Positions 18,180 to 27,391 of a stretch of 32,000 nucleotides of DNA are shown here, piece by piece. A program made the position numbers and the translations under genes. Each line of letters opens with the position of its first letter. The stretch's first letter is position 1. Below the pieces are notes generated by a model, which saw only the letters and a list, made by a program, of their open reading frames with translations, made no database searches and was not told where the DNA came from. The stretch is from Pseudomonas phage 201phi2-1, in sequence record NC_010821.1; one strand, written 5' to 3'.

Positions 18180-19052
18180 ATGAAAGATATTTTTATAGCA
18201 GAAGAAGCATATAATCCAACGATGATGGACGAGGCTACCGCCTCACCACTCGAGACATACCGTAAGTACGACGCTTACTTTAACTGGTTCCTAACTGAAG
18301 ACTTTGATGAAGATACGACGGTACCAAGTGGTGACCATGAACTGTTCAACTTCGTTATGACCCGTGAGAAAGAATACCGTAAGGCACCGATCGATAAAAT
18401 GTTTACTCCACCTACCCTAACTTGGGCTCGTCGAGATTGCATTTCTATCGGGGGTAAACTACTCGAGTCAAGTCACGAATTTGTCCAGTTTTTTGGTTAT
18501 ACCCCAGGGACTCTTATAGTACCCGGTATGGATCTTGAACCAAATGCAAAGTCGAAGAACCGTACTCTGCATGTAACAGTCGACCCACTTGATCCAGATC
18601 CTGAAAGAACCATCACAGCTATCCAATCAATTATTTTGGATACAGCAAATGGATTGAAACCAGATATCGACGAGGGTTATTCCACTTATGTGCCGATCGC
18701 AACTCGATTGATGGCTCTGTCTGATAATGCAGATGAGGTGATTGAGAAGGCACTTTGTAAATATTTTGACACACGTTCTGCAATTGAGTTCCTTAAGGCC
18801 GATGGTAGCCAACCGCTATTTAATCCGATCCCAGATTTCTGCCCTGGACAGACTCTCCCTAAATGGTACATCGAAGCATGGATTCTGAACCAGGAATTCA
18901 TCAAGTACCCAGAGTTCCAGAAGAATATCTGTCGTATTGTTTTTGAATATGCCGAGCGTGAAATTACCCGTGGTAACTTGGACATTAAGAAGATCCTTAA
19001 CTACCTGATCCGGTTGGGTCGATTCAACACACGTGTATACCTGATCAACTAA
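18180..19052 (+). CDS. Virion structural/assembly protein candidate (290 aa)
   Basis: ORF with SD GAGAGG before ATG; flanked by terminators on both sides. Confidence 0.55.
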   Translation: MKDIFIAEEAYNPTMMDEATASPLETYRKYDAYFNWFLTEDFDEDTTVPSGDHELFNFVMTREKEYRKAPIDKMFTPPTLTWARRDCISIGGKLLESSHEFVQFFGYTPGTLIVPGMDLEPNAKSKNRTLHVTVDPLDPDPERTITAIQSIILDTANGLKPDIDEGYSTYVPIATRLMALSDNADEVIEKALCKYFDTRSAIEFLKADGSQPLFNPIPDFCPGQTLPKWYIEAWILNQEFIKYPEFQKNICRIVFEYAEREITRGNLDIKKILNYLIRLGRFNTRVYLIN

Positions 19053-19058
19053 TAATGT

Positions 19059-19080
19059 CCCTCCCTTCGGGGAGGGCTTT
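19059..19080 (+). terminator. Rho-independent terminator
   Basis: CCCTCCC-TTCG-GGGAGGG followed by CTTT. Confidence 0.8.
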
Positions 19081-19119
19081 ATGCCGCAATCTTATGAACT
19101 TTAAAATGAGGCTATTACC

Positions 19120-20781
19120 ATGCCTAACGCCGTTATTGTTTTACCTGATGTTTACGAAACCATTCAGCGAGCCGTAGCCGTGAGTGCCGTAACTCAGATT
19201 GCCCAGTTTATGGGATTGCCTCCTGAGACTGAAGTGTATTTCCCTGGTCGTGCTGAAACCGTCCCTATGAATGGTGCGGTGTTCGGTAATTGCTGTGATG
19301 CAACTAACGCCATTCGATTCGATCCAGAAGAACGGGTTGAGGTTAGGTACGATGAAATCGCTGAAGAAAACTTTACATTGTCTACAGCTGTAATGAACGA
19401 TCAGAACTACCCGATCTTTGCTGACACAAAGCATGGGATTTTCATTCATCCAGTTCGTAGGTTTGTTGACTTCCGTATTGACATTACTTACCAAGCGCCT
19501 AACGTTGTAGTTGCCCAGCGATGGTTGGATGATCAGCGTATTAAGTTGTCTGAGGGCTTTGGTGACATGACCATGGCTTTAGAGTACCATTACAACTTCT
19601 CATTACCTATGATGGCACTCCTTAAAGGCCTGTATGACACGCAGGAAGGTTCAGCCTATCCATCGGGTCAGTCTTTCAATGATTGGCTCATAGAGCGCAC
19701 TATACAGCCTCACACGGATATGGTTACTAATACTGATACTTTCCCTCAGTACACCGTGTATGAACGACAAGTAGACGTAGTGGGTCACTTTGATTTCATC
19801 AACACGCCTGAGACACCTCAGAAAGCATCTGATAACTCTGGTGCATACGAGTGTACGTTTAGTTACATCTGTAGGTATGACCGACCAACGCACATGTACA
19901 TCGAATATCCGATGATCATGAATCAGTGTCCGATCCCTAAGTTGTTCCGTCCTGATTATCCATATCAGAACTACCAGCAGATCGATCGTAAGACTACCGT
20001 GTTGCGTGGCTCACTGGATAAGGCTTTCCATATCTCTGCTCAACGTGGGTTACCTTACATTCAATATCCTGATACTGATACATGGGTTGCACCGGATGAG
20101 TTCCCTACCAAGCTTACGTTCTTTACCGGGTTGTTGATGCTTAACTGTAAAGATCTAAAGGCAGTGATGGACTTTAAGTCACTGGGTCGCTTTGCCTTCA
20201 CTCCATGGTTTGTTGAGTTCTTTGAATCTGTAGGTACTCGAGCATTCGGACCTAATAGCTTATTCGACATTCGACTGTACCGTAACAATGAACGATTGCA
20301 TATTCCATTAGTAATGGAACCCGGTACCCTTAAACTAAGGACTACGGTAGACTTAGATCCAGAATACTATTACCATATTCAGATTTCAGTTAATGGTAAC
20401 TGGTTGCAAATTCCAAAAGACACGTGGGAAGGAATTCGTAGATACCCAACAGTCTACTGGACTATCTGTCGGATGTTCTGGGTATGTCGTGGTAAAGAAC
20501 CTCTTGAGAAGCTTGAGTTGTTAGGTCTAGGTCGTCCTCGGACACCTAATCCCGATTGGCCAGGCGAGGGTACTACGGAATGGACTAAGGATGTACCACA
20601 TTTTCCTGAAGGTTATGTGAAGTGGGCCGATATTGAATGTGGTCGTACTGCTCGTGCTGAAACCATTCCTGGTCAAACTGGTCCTAATGGTACAGATGCA
20701 TTTACATCACTTCAAGCATACGGTCCAGCCAACGTACTCTACGCAGGTTTGATCGCCGACAAACTCGTTGGAGGTAACTAA
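19120..20781 (+). CDS. Virion structural protein, phiKZ-like (553 aa)
   Basis: Long ORF with aromatic-rich composition; TAATG overlap with the next gene. Confidence 0.6.
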   Translation: MPNAVIVLPDVYETIQRAVAVSAVTQIAQFMGLPPETEVYFPGRAETVPMNGAVFGNCCDATNAIRFDPEERVEVRYDEIAEENFTLSTAVMNDQNYPIFADTKHGIFIHPVRRFVDFRIDITYQAPNVVVAQRWLDDQRIKLSEGFGDMTMALEYHYNFSLPMMALLKGLYDTQEGSAYPSGQSFNDWLIERTIQPHTDMVTNTDTFPQYTVYERQVDVVGHFDFINTPETPQKASDNSGAYECTFSYICRYDRPTHMYIEYPMIMNQCPIPKLFRPDYPYQNYQQIDRKTTVLRGSLDKAFHISAQRGLPYIQYPDTDTWVAPDEFPTKLTFFTGLLMLNCKDLKAVMDFKSLGRFAFTPWFVEFFESVGTRAFGPNSLFDIRLYRNNERLHIPLVMEPGTLKLRTTVDLDPEYYYHIQISVNGNWLQIPKDTWEGIRRYPTVYWTICRMFWVCRGKEPLEKLELLGLGRPRTPNPDWPGEGTTEWTKDVPHFPEGYVKWADIECGRTARAETIPGQTGPNGTDAFTSLQAYGPANVLYAGLIADKLVGGN

Positions 20782-22196
20782 TGGGTCTTTTTCATGAAAC
20801 GGAAGAAACGCCAATTGATCCAGAGGTAAGTCCAGTAGAGGTAAAAGCCTATTGCGAAACTTATCGAGGTATTGCCGTTGACACCAAGTATATTCCACGT
20901 TCAAGTATGCTTGCGTGGATTAATGGTTCTAACTGGCGAGCGAGTGCTTACTATTCGCAGATGCTGGACGCTACGCAAGAACCAACACCTTTAGCACTGA
21001 ACCGACGGCCGCCGTATCAACAGTACTACAAGATCATGAACATCGATATCAAAGTTAACCAACCTTTGGATATCAGTCAACGTGAAGATCTTCGTACTTT
21101 CAGTGTCACTGGTAGTGGTCACACTTATCCTGGCCTCGCAGCTAACTATGGCGACATGTTCACTGCTGGTGTTGGTGACGGACGCGTTGGTCTTTTTACT
21201 ATTACTAGCGCTCGCCGTGAAACATACCTACGGGATTCCACTTATGCAATCGAGTGGAAGATGGTTGGATGGCTCACCGAGCAGCAACAACAAGACTTAG
21301 ACGATAAATCACAGGTCACTTATTACTGGGATGCTAATCGGTTGGGTAATGGATGTAATCCATTTGTCACCGAAGAAGATTATCACGATAACCAAGAGTT
21401 CGCTAAGACGCGTGATGATATCATCCGTCGTTACATCGCTGACTTTTTCTCGACCCAGTACTTTACGTTCATTGTTCCAGACCAACTCAATAACACATAT
21501 GACCATTTTGTGGTAAAGGCTTTGTTGAGTATCATCGACACTAAATACTCGCGGGACTTACGTCGTGCGAAAGTGTTGAACGTCATGAGTTTGTCTGTGA
21601 TGCGTGAACCGACCGTATGGGACATGATCATCAAGCAAAACCCAGTCGTTGGGTGTGGCGCAACAGAGCGTGCTCACTTAGTCATGACCGCGATTGATCG
21701 TTGGAAACCTGAACTACAGGCCATCGGTTATTCTGGTATTCCACGAATGGTTTATCCAATCGATGCGCCAACTGATGTGGACTCCCAGTACAATGGCTCT
21801 AATCGCTGTACGCCTGAAGGTATTCCATTCCAGGCAGGGCAACCCCGTCGCCCACCTAAGGGTAAGTGGAAGCCTCAGTGGGAACGTGACGAACCGTGGT
21901 TCCATCGTGTACCGCCAGAACAGCAGACCAATATTGAAAAAGCTTGGTCTTACCCGCAAGACATTAAACCCGTCGTAATTGACGACTATTACGTTTTCTC
22001 TGAAGCCTTCTATTATGAAGACTCTAAGCTACAGAGTAAACTGGAATTATTAACTTGGCAGATGATCAATAACGAACCACTTAATCGCAGTCAGCTTAAA
22101 GCTGTGATTAAATGTTGTTTGTCGTGGGATAACCTTGAACGGTTCTATTACCACCCTGTATTGATTCTCTTGTTAGGTTACGCTATCAGGAACTAA
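20781..22196 (+). CDS. Virion structural protein, phiKZ-like (471 aa)
   Basis: Long ORF with TAATG coupling to the upstream gene. Confidence 0.6.
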   Translation: MGLFHETEETPIDPEVSPVEVKAYCETYRGIAVDTKYIPRSSMLAWINGSNWRASAYYSQMLDATQEPTPLALNRRPPYQQYYKIMNIDIKVNQPLDISQREDLRTFSVTGSGHTYPGLAANYGDMFTAGVGDGRVGLFTITSARRETYLRDSTYAIEWKMVGWLTEQQQQDLDDKSQVTYYWDANRLGNGCNPFVTEEDYHDNQEFAKTRDDIIRRYIADFFSTQYFTFIVPDQLNNTYDHFVVKALLSIIDTKYSRDLRRAKVLNVMSLSVMREPTVWDMIIKQNPVVGCGATERAHLVMTAIDRWKPELQAIGYSGIPRMVYPIDAPTDVDSQYNGSNRCTPEGIPFQAGQPRRPPKGKWKPQWERDEPWFHRVPPEQQTNIEKAWSYPQDIKPVVIDDYYVFSEAFYYEDSKLQSKLELLTWQMINNEPLNRSQLKAVIKCCLSWDNLERFYYHPVLILLLGYAIRN

Positions 22197-22198
22197 TC

Positions 22199-22798
22199 AT
22201 GACTCAGGTGCGCAATTTTCAAATGTGTAAACGCCACACACCAGCATGGCGATTATTTAACCTTCGCTATAAATGCTTGGCTACCAACCTGATTGAAGTT
22301 ACGTCAGAGTACTTAGCTACGGGACAAGTCGTAATGAACGTCTCGGGTGATCCGACAGTAGATCGACTAGCAGCGGGTCGTATGGAAATCAAGAACCTTA
22401 CGGCAGCGGCCATTGCGATGTTTATGGATGAAGGTCACGCTATCGCTATTACGGATATGTACGACTGTGTGCAGATCTACAACGATATTCAGGACCATCT
22501 ACACAATCACCTGATGGCCTCTAGACAAGCGTTTCACAAAGATGATTTGCCACCGATTGAAGAACTGAGGATGTTTGAAGCTTTAGCCCTAGAAGTCTAC
22601 CAAGTCGCTAAGCGCCTAGAGCCAAAAGCATCTCAGGTCCATGGTGGTATCTTTGATAGTTTCATTGAGATGTCTCGTCGTCGTAATTTGATTGCCACTA
22701 ACAAATTCCTCAAGGCTCAAACAGAATCTGACGGTAAGATCAAACCTTACATTTCGATCGTTGACGATATTGAATCCAACATGGCGGAGCTGATGTAA
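22199..22798 (+). CDS. Structural operon protein (199 aa), function unknown
   Basis: ORF starting 3 nt after the previous stop and overlapping the next start by 1 nt. Confidence 0.55.
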   Translation: MTQVRNFQMCKRHTPAWRLFNLRYKCLATNLIEVTSEYLATGQVVMNVSGDPTVDRLAAGRMEIKNLTAAAIAMFMDEGHAIAITDMYDCVQIYNDIQDHLHNHLMASRQAFHKDDLPPIEELRMFEALALEVYQVAKRLEPKASQVHGGIFDSFIEMSRRRNLIATNKFLKAQTESDGKIKPYISIVDDIESNMAELM

Positions 22799-24177
22799 TG
22801 TCATTTGACTCTACACTACTTTACAAAGAAGCTGAAAGAGTTCGAGATGCAGGCGAAGGTTATCACAACGTACGGACTACTGTTAATATACTAGCCAATG
22901 GTAAATGGACTCAACCGAATCGGGTTGAACACATTCACTTAGTTAGAGATTACAGTACAGGTCCACTGGGCGATGTCCGTCAACTTGAAGTGTTGATGCT
23001 ATTAGGCGATTACACCTTCGACATCCTACCCTACCGTGATAACCTTACTATCGACATTACAGAGATTCCTTTGATGGAAGGTAACTCTGCTCGAAACTGG
23101 GAACGCTTCGCTGGCACTAAACGGTATAAAGCCATCCTCGATCTTGAGGGTGGCGATAATACAGTACTTACAAACAAACAGTCGGCTATGACTAACAAAG
23201 CTCAGATGAACCAAGTGGGTATGAAGTCTGTGGTCTTTACCCTAGTCGACGAGATCTGTTACAAACTGATGATGGTGACCACCGGCTTAACGTTCAGGCA
23301 GATGACTTCATTGGACATGATCCAGTACGTGCACAAATTATACTTTGACCAATTGTTCGAAGGGTCATCTGAGCGCATCGAAGGCATTAACGTTTGGCGT
23401 GATCAGGCTAATCCCGCGGTCATACACCAACTAGCCTTACCGGATGGTATCCCACTCAAAGATGTCTGTAGGTTTATTCAGAACGATGAGTGTGGTGTTT
23501 ACCCAACAGGGCTAGGTCGGTATATTCAAAACAAGCAGTTCTATGTGTATCCTTTATTTGATACGACTCGGTATTCAAAGAACTCAAAGGTACTCAATAT
23601 TATCAACATGCCTAACGACCGATTCAAAGGTTCAGAGAAAACATTCTTGGACAATGATCGGTCATTAACGATTATCGTGACGGGTACTTCCATAGCCAAC
23701 GATAAATCTACTGGCACTAAGATCCAAGATGGTAACGGGTTTCGTTTTGGCGATTTAAATAAATTGCTGAACACAGGTACAATCAAAGATAACCGAATGT
23801 TGATCGATCGGGCAACGAACTTGTTTGAAGTAACATCTGAAACACTCGCTGATGGTTTGAATAACATGCGCTGGTCTGCGGATAGGTTTACAGCTAACCC
23901 GTTTAAACAGTACACCACAATGGCTCAACAACAAGGCCAACCTGTGACTGTACAGTGGACGCGCGGTAATGCCGATCTGCTGGAGCCGGGAATGCCTGTT
24001 AAATTCCAGACCATCGATGGTGCCACCGTTAATACTTACTACGGTACGCTATTAGGTGTAAACGATAACCGAGCACCTGTTGACTCAGGTAACATCAATA
24101 CCCGATTTGACGGTATCACCACCTTAAGCCTGTTCTTAGTAAGGCAGACTGAAACTGCTGAAGCTAACGCAGTATAA
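22798..24177 (+). CDS. Virion structural protein, phiKZ-like (459 aa)
   Basis: Long ORF at the end of the structural operon, coupled to 22199..22798. Confidence 0.6.
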   Translation: MSFDSTLLYKEAERVRDAGEGYHNVRTTVNILANGKWTQPNRVEHIHLVRDYSTGPLGDVRQLEVLMLLGDYTFDILPYRDNLTIDITEIPLMEGNSARNWERFAGTKRYKAILDLEGGDNTVLTNKQSAMTNKAQMNQVGMKSVVFTLVDEICYKLMMVTTGLTFRQMTSLDMIQYVHKLYFDQLFEGSSERIEGINVWRDQANPAVIHQLALPDGIPLKDVCRFIQNDECGVYPTGLGRYIQNKQFYVYPLFDTTRYSKNSKVLNIINMPNDRFKGSEKTFLDNDRSLTIIVTGTSIANDKSTGTKIQDGNGFRFGDLNKLLNTGTIKDNRMLIDRATNLFEVTSETLADGLNNMRWSADRFTANPFKQYTTMAQQQGQPVTVQWTRGNADLLEPGMPVKFQTIDGATVNTYYGTLLGVNDNRAPVDSGNINTRFDGITTLSLFLVRQTETAEANAV

Positions 24178-24190
24178 CCGGAGGACTACG

Positions 24191-24562
24191 ATGAACGTCT
24201 ATTTCCATATTGACCCGTCGTGGTCCTACCAATTCTTAACTAGACATAAAAAAATTATAGCTAACTATGATTTCTTTACCTTTAGTGATCGTTTCTTAAC
24301 AGTTGGTATTAATGTGCTAATGGCACATGCTAACTTTCAACTGACTAATAACGCTTCACAATTCTCAACAGCAATGGATCAGGTAACCCGTCTATGTGAC
24401 GACTACCCTATGTTAGGTCAATATATACCTGCGGCATTTGAACAGCTAAGACGCATTCATCATGACGCGTTAAACGCTATACAAAGACCCATTCTCAATT
24501 ACCAACCGGTTATTGATGATATGTATATACTGACTGGTATCGTATTCACATTAGTTATTTAA
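24191..24562 (+). CDS. Hypothetical protein (123 aa)
   Basis: SD GGAGG before ATG 24191. Confidence 0.5.
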   Translation: MNVYFHIDPSWSYQFLTRHKKIIANYDFFTFSDRFLTVGINVLMAHANFQLTNNASQFSTAMDQVTRLCDDYPMLGQYIPAAFEQLRRIHHDALNAIQRPILNYQPVIDDMYILTGIVFTLVI

Positions 24563-24575
24563 AGCTATTTAAAGC
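24556..24575. repeat. Two perfect tandem copies of TATTTAAAGC
   Basis: Read directly: TATTTAAAGC TATTTAAAGC. The second copy overlaps the promoter-like element. Confidence 0.85.
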
Positions 24576-24597
24576 CTATATTACTTTTGTGAATTAA
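24567..24597 (+). promoter_or_regulatory. phiKZ-type early promoter candidate, copy 1
   Basis: ATTTAAAG CC TATATTAC TTTT GTGAATTAA. Same blocks and spacing as copy 2; contains the TATATTAC core described for phiKZ early promoters. Confidence 0.7.
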
Positions 24598-24613
24598 CTT
24601 AGAGGTAATCATT

Positions 24614-24790
24614 ATGTTTTTCGGTAGTTTCTATGATGAAGACAAATCTCAAGAATCCAATAAAAAGGAATCTGAGAAAGCACGCCATAACCGCGATGTA
24701 ATGTTGTGTGTTACGGCAGCTATAGGTCTTGTAACGGCCGTCGCCACGGCTAGTATGGCTTTGAAGAAGGTGGTGAAAGAGATCGTGTGA
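24614..24790 (+). CDS. Small protein with C-terminal transmembrane segment (58 aa)
   Basis: Translated by hand: MFFGSFYDEDKSQESNKKESEKARHNRDVMLCVTAAIGLVTAVATASMALKKVVKEIV; SD-like GAGG upstream. Missing from the ORF track because of its size. Confidence 0.6.
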   Translation: MFFGSFYDEDKSQESNKKESEKARHNRDVMLCVTAAIGLVTAVATASMALKKVVKEIV

Positions 24791-24838
24791 AGCTGTACAA
24801 TTAGATGAGGGGAAACCCGAATCTATTTGGAGGCCAAC

Positions 24839-25321
24839 ATGGTTGAATTCGTTATCGGTACAGACATCTTTAAACACGATGGTGATCTGTATCTAATCAC
24901 AGTAAATTGCATTGGAGTCATGGGTGCCGGCTTAGCTAAGTCGTTTAAAGAAATGCATCCTGATTTGTATGAACGCTATCGTCATGATTGTAAGATGAAA
25001 ATGATTACCATCGGTAATCCAGTAATCTATCAAGCGGACAATGGCAAACGCTACATGATGTTCCCCACTAAAGACCGATGGCAAGATCCATCACAAGCCA
25101 GTTACATATCCGCAGGTTTAACGTGGATGGTTGATTCGGTTGGTGAAGGTGAAGAAATCGATCCTAAGTGGAAGATCGTAATACCCCCGCTTGGCTGCGC
25201 TAATGGTGGACTCAACTTCAATGAGGTTAGAGAAACCATCAAGACGTTTGGCGAAGCTATGCCTAATCCGATCGTGGTGGTTTATCCGCCTTGGATGGAA
25301 AGCAGTGAAACATGGGATTAA
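24839..25321 (+). CDS. Macro-domain protein, Poa1p/DarG-like; probable ADP-ribose-1''-phosphatase or ADP-ribosyl hydrolase (160 aa)
   Basis: Motifs GDLYLITVNCIGVMGAGLAKSFKEMHPDLYERY and VIPPLGCANGGLNFNEVRETI. SD TGGAGG positions the start at ATG 24839 rather than TTG 24827. Confidence 0.85.
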   Translation: MVEFVIGTDIFKHDGDLYLITVNCIGVMGAGLAKSFKEMHPDLYERYRHDCKMKMITIGNPVIYQADNGKRYMMFPTKDRWQDPSQASYISAGLTWMVDSVGEGEEIDPKWKIVIPPLGCANGGLNFNEVRETIKTFGEAMPNPIVVVYPPWMESSETWD

Positions 25322-25376
25322 CTCGTACTGACCACTCCTAATTGGGGTGGTCTTTATGCCGTCAATAATAGAACCC

Positions 25377-25407
25377 ATTTAAAGGGTATATTACGATAGT
25401 GAATTAA
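25377..25407 (+). promoter_or_regulatory. phiKZ-type early promoter candidate, copy 2
   Basis: ATTTAAAG GG TATATTAC GATA GTGAATTAA, identical layout to 24567-24597. Confidence 0.7.
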
Positions 25408-25429
25408 AACAGTTAAAGGAGTTTGTAAC

Positions 25430-25606
25430 ATGGCCCATGCACGAGCAGTATTGATTCATTTTGAATGCGACGATGGTTCGGTAACCCACAGCACCATGTC
25501 CGGCTCGCAATTGAGTTCGGTGGTGGCTGATTCTGAAGACGAAGCTGAAGCCCTCATGGAAGAAAAGCTGAAAGAACTGGGTGCTCACTCGTTCGAATTC
25601 GTCTAA
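25430..25606 (+). CDS. Small acidic protein (58 aa)
   Basis: MAHARAVLIHFECDDGSVTHSTMSGSQLSSVVADSEDEAEALMEEKLKELGAHSFEFV; SD AAAGGAG upstream. Missing from the ORF track. Confidence 0.6.
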   Translation: MAHARAVLIHFECDDGSVTHSTMSGSQLSSVVADSEDEAEALMEEKLKELGAHSFEFV

Positions 25607-25632
25607 GCCTTTTAACTCAATGAGAGGGCTGA

Positions 25633-25968
25633 ATGAAAGAAGACTTATTAGATTCGGCTATTATCGTAAGTACCTTGGTCTTAGGTGGACTAGGATACTT
25701 GTTCATTATAGCTACGCCCGGTATCGGTGAATGTAAAGTCGTCCGATTGACCGAGCAGGTTATGGAACGAGTTCAGGCTTTGGTGTTTAAGCTGAATCAA
25801 CAAGCCATCTTCAGGGACATGTCCCTTGAAGAGAAATGGCAAAACCTCAAGCCCGAGTATGACGCCTTATTGGAAGGTTTCACCTATGGCTTGAAACCAA
25901 AGGATTTGCGTTCAGTTGAATGCAGATGCCGTAACGCTACAAACAAACTACTCACTCAAAAAAGGTAA
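25633..25968 (+). CDS. Small membrane-anchored protein (111 aa)
   Basis: SD GAGAGGG; N-terminal hydrophobic segment SAIIVSTLVLGGLGYLFIIAT. Confidence 0.55.
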   Translation: MKEDLLDSAIIVSTLVLGGLGYLFIIATPGIGECKVVRLTEQVMERVQALVFKLNQQAIFRDMSLEEKWQNLKPEYDALLEGFTYGLKPKDLRSVECRCRNATNKLLTQKR

Positions 25969-25973
25969 TCGCT

Positions 25974-26123
25974 ATGAAATATGGTATCGCTGCTGTTGTT
26001 GGTCTGGCTGCCCTTGCAGGTGTTGGCGCATGGCTGTACAATCGTGAAGACGAAGTAGCGAAAGCTGCTGAACCCGAAGTTGCCGGTGCTGAGCCGGTTG
26101 TCGAAAACGAAGAAGCAATCTGA
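25974..26123 (+). CDS. Small single-TM or signal-peptide protein (49 aa)
   Basis: MKYGIAAVVGLAALAGVGAWLYNREDEVAKAAEPEVAGAEPVVENEEAI; AAAGG upstream. Confidence 0.55.
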   Translation: MKYGIAAVVGLAALAGVGAWLYNREDEVAKAAEPEVAGAEPVVENEEAI

Positions 26124-26137
26124 ATAAGGGGTTAGAG

Positions 26138-26410
26138 ATGTTTGGTTCTCTTTTGAAATACACGTGCGTCGCTGCATGTGGTGCACTGGTGTTTTCGACC
26201 ATGGGTCACTTCATGGATTCGGACGTAATCGAATCTGCCAAAGCGACCTGTGAAGAAAACGTCAAAGCTCTCAGTGGCGAAGCGGAAGGTGATGAACTGG
26301 CGTTGCTCATGAAAGCATTCGTGGCAACTCACTACAAAAACTGGGTTAGTCAACTGACCTTCGCTGGCAGCGTAAAAGATCTGGATGCCGTTCTGGCACC
26401 CTGGGCATAA
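26138..26410 (+). CDS. Small protein with hydrophobic N-terminus (90 aa)
   Basis: MFGSLLKYTCVAACGALVFSTMGHF; SD region AGAG upstream. Confidence 0.5.
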   Translation: MFGSLLKYTCVAACGALVFSTMGHFMDSDVIESAKATCEENVKALSGEAEGDELALLMKAFVATHYKNWVSQLTFAGSVKDLDAVLAPWA

Positions 26411-26437
26411 CTTTAACTGGTATAGGAGATATCACGC

Positions 26438-26707
26438 ATGGCTTATGTAAATCGTCGTCAAATGCATATGGAGCAGTACTTTTCGGATCGTGAGAAACTT
26501 GATGCCCCGTATTGGGCAATCGACGATAACCTCGATTCGATCGTATGCAACGTACGTGATCCATTTGCAACGTACGTTGATCCAAGCAATTATGACGACG
26601 ATGCGCTCGCCTATCGTGAGTGCATGGATGGCGTTGTAGCCGGTGTATCTGAAGCGTTGGGGTTGCCACAAGGGCTTTCCTTCGAAGAAGTCTTTGAGCG
26701 TCTCTAA
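26438..26707 (+). CDS. Hypothetical acidic protein (89 aa)
   Basis: SD TAGGAGA before ATG 26438. Confidence 0.55.
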   Translation: MAYVNRRQMHMEQYFSDREKLDAPYWAIDDNLDSIVCNVRDPFATYVDPSNYDDDALAYRECMDGVVAGVSEALGLPQGLSFEEVFERL

Positions 26708-26714
26708 CGTAACC

Positions 26715-26734
26715 ATAGGGGCTTCGGCCCCTAT
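26715..26734 (+). terminator. Hairpin, probable terminator
   Basis: Perfect 8-bp stem ATAGGGGC-TTCG-GCCCCTAT just after stop 26707; weak T tract. Confidence 0.65.
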
Positions 26735-26761
26735 TCTCAATCTTATCCAAAGGGTTTAATC

Positions 26762-26917
26762 ATGAAATTCGCATATCTGTTGGCTGGTATTGTACTGGGT
26801 GGTCTGTTCTTCAATGCCAAGTTCATTGAAGCTGCTCCGAAGGACACCTCGGTCGAAGTCGTCTACGGTACCCGTGTCGGACCTGACGGTAATCTGCAAC
26901 TGGTCACTCGTCGTTAA
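26762..26917 (+). CDS. Small signal-peptide or single-TM protein (51 aa)
   Basis: MKFAYLLAGIVLGGLFFNAKFIEAAPKDTSVEVVYGTRVGPDGNLQLVTRR. Confidence 0.55.
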   Translation: MKFAYLLAGIVLGGLFFNAKFIEAAPKDTSVEVVYGTRVGPDGNLQLVTRR

Positions 26918-26929
26918 CTGGGGGGTTAT

Positions 26930-27370
26930 ATGAAAGACAACATTATCATCAGTGCTCTGCTGCATCGTATCAAAGCGTTGCAGGAACAGGCAAAGCCATC
27001 GGCTGAGCAACTTCGGGTATTGATGCAGTACGCTGAATGTAACCACCCTGAACTCGCTCGGCTGGTTCGCGAAGATCCAGTTTGGGAGCGCTTTCAACAG
27101 CGTTACAATGATCCAGGGGTTCCACACATCAATGGACTGGCCCACGTAAGCCAACAGCTGTTTGAACTGGGTTTCTGTAAATACCTGTTCACGTTGGGTT
27201 ATACTGAAGTCATTCATGACTGTGCTTACATCAAAGTAAGGCAACATAATGACGACATGGTCGGCGTGGCCTGTCATCTGAGTGGCAATGACAAAATGTG
27301 GGGTAGCGAACTACTTTGTCAAACTAAGGACGTTTGGAAAACGATCGATCATTTGATCGGAAACTATTAA
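26930..27370 (+). CDS. Hypothetical protein (146 aa)
   Basis: SD GGGGG before ATG 26930. Confidence 0.55.
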   Translation: MKDNIIISALLHRIKALQEQAKPSAEQLRVLMQYAECNHPELARLVREDPVWERFQQRYNDPGVPHINGLAHVSQQLFELGFCKYLFTLGYTEVIHDCAYIKVRQHNDDMVGVACHLSGNDKMWGSELLCQTKDVWKTIDHLIGNY

Positions 27371-27391
27371 ACCTAAATTGAAGGAATCGAA

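Noticed and set aside
24827-24838. Track start (TTG 24827) for the macro-domain ORF
   Set aside because: It would place the start within the GGAGG Shine-Dalgarno. ATG 24839 is a better start.
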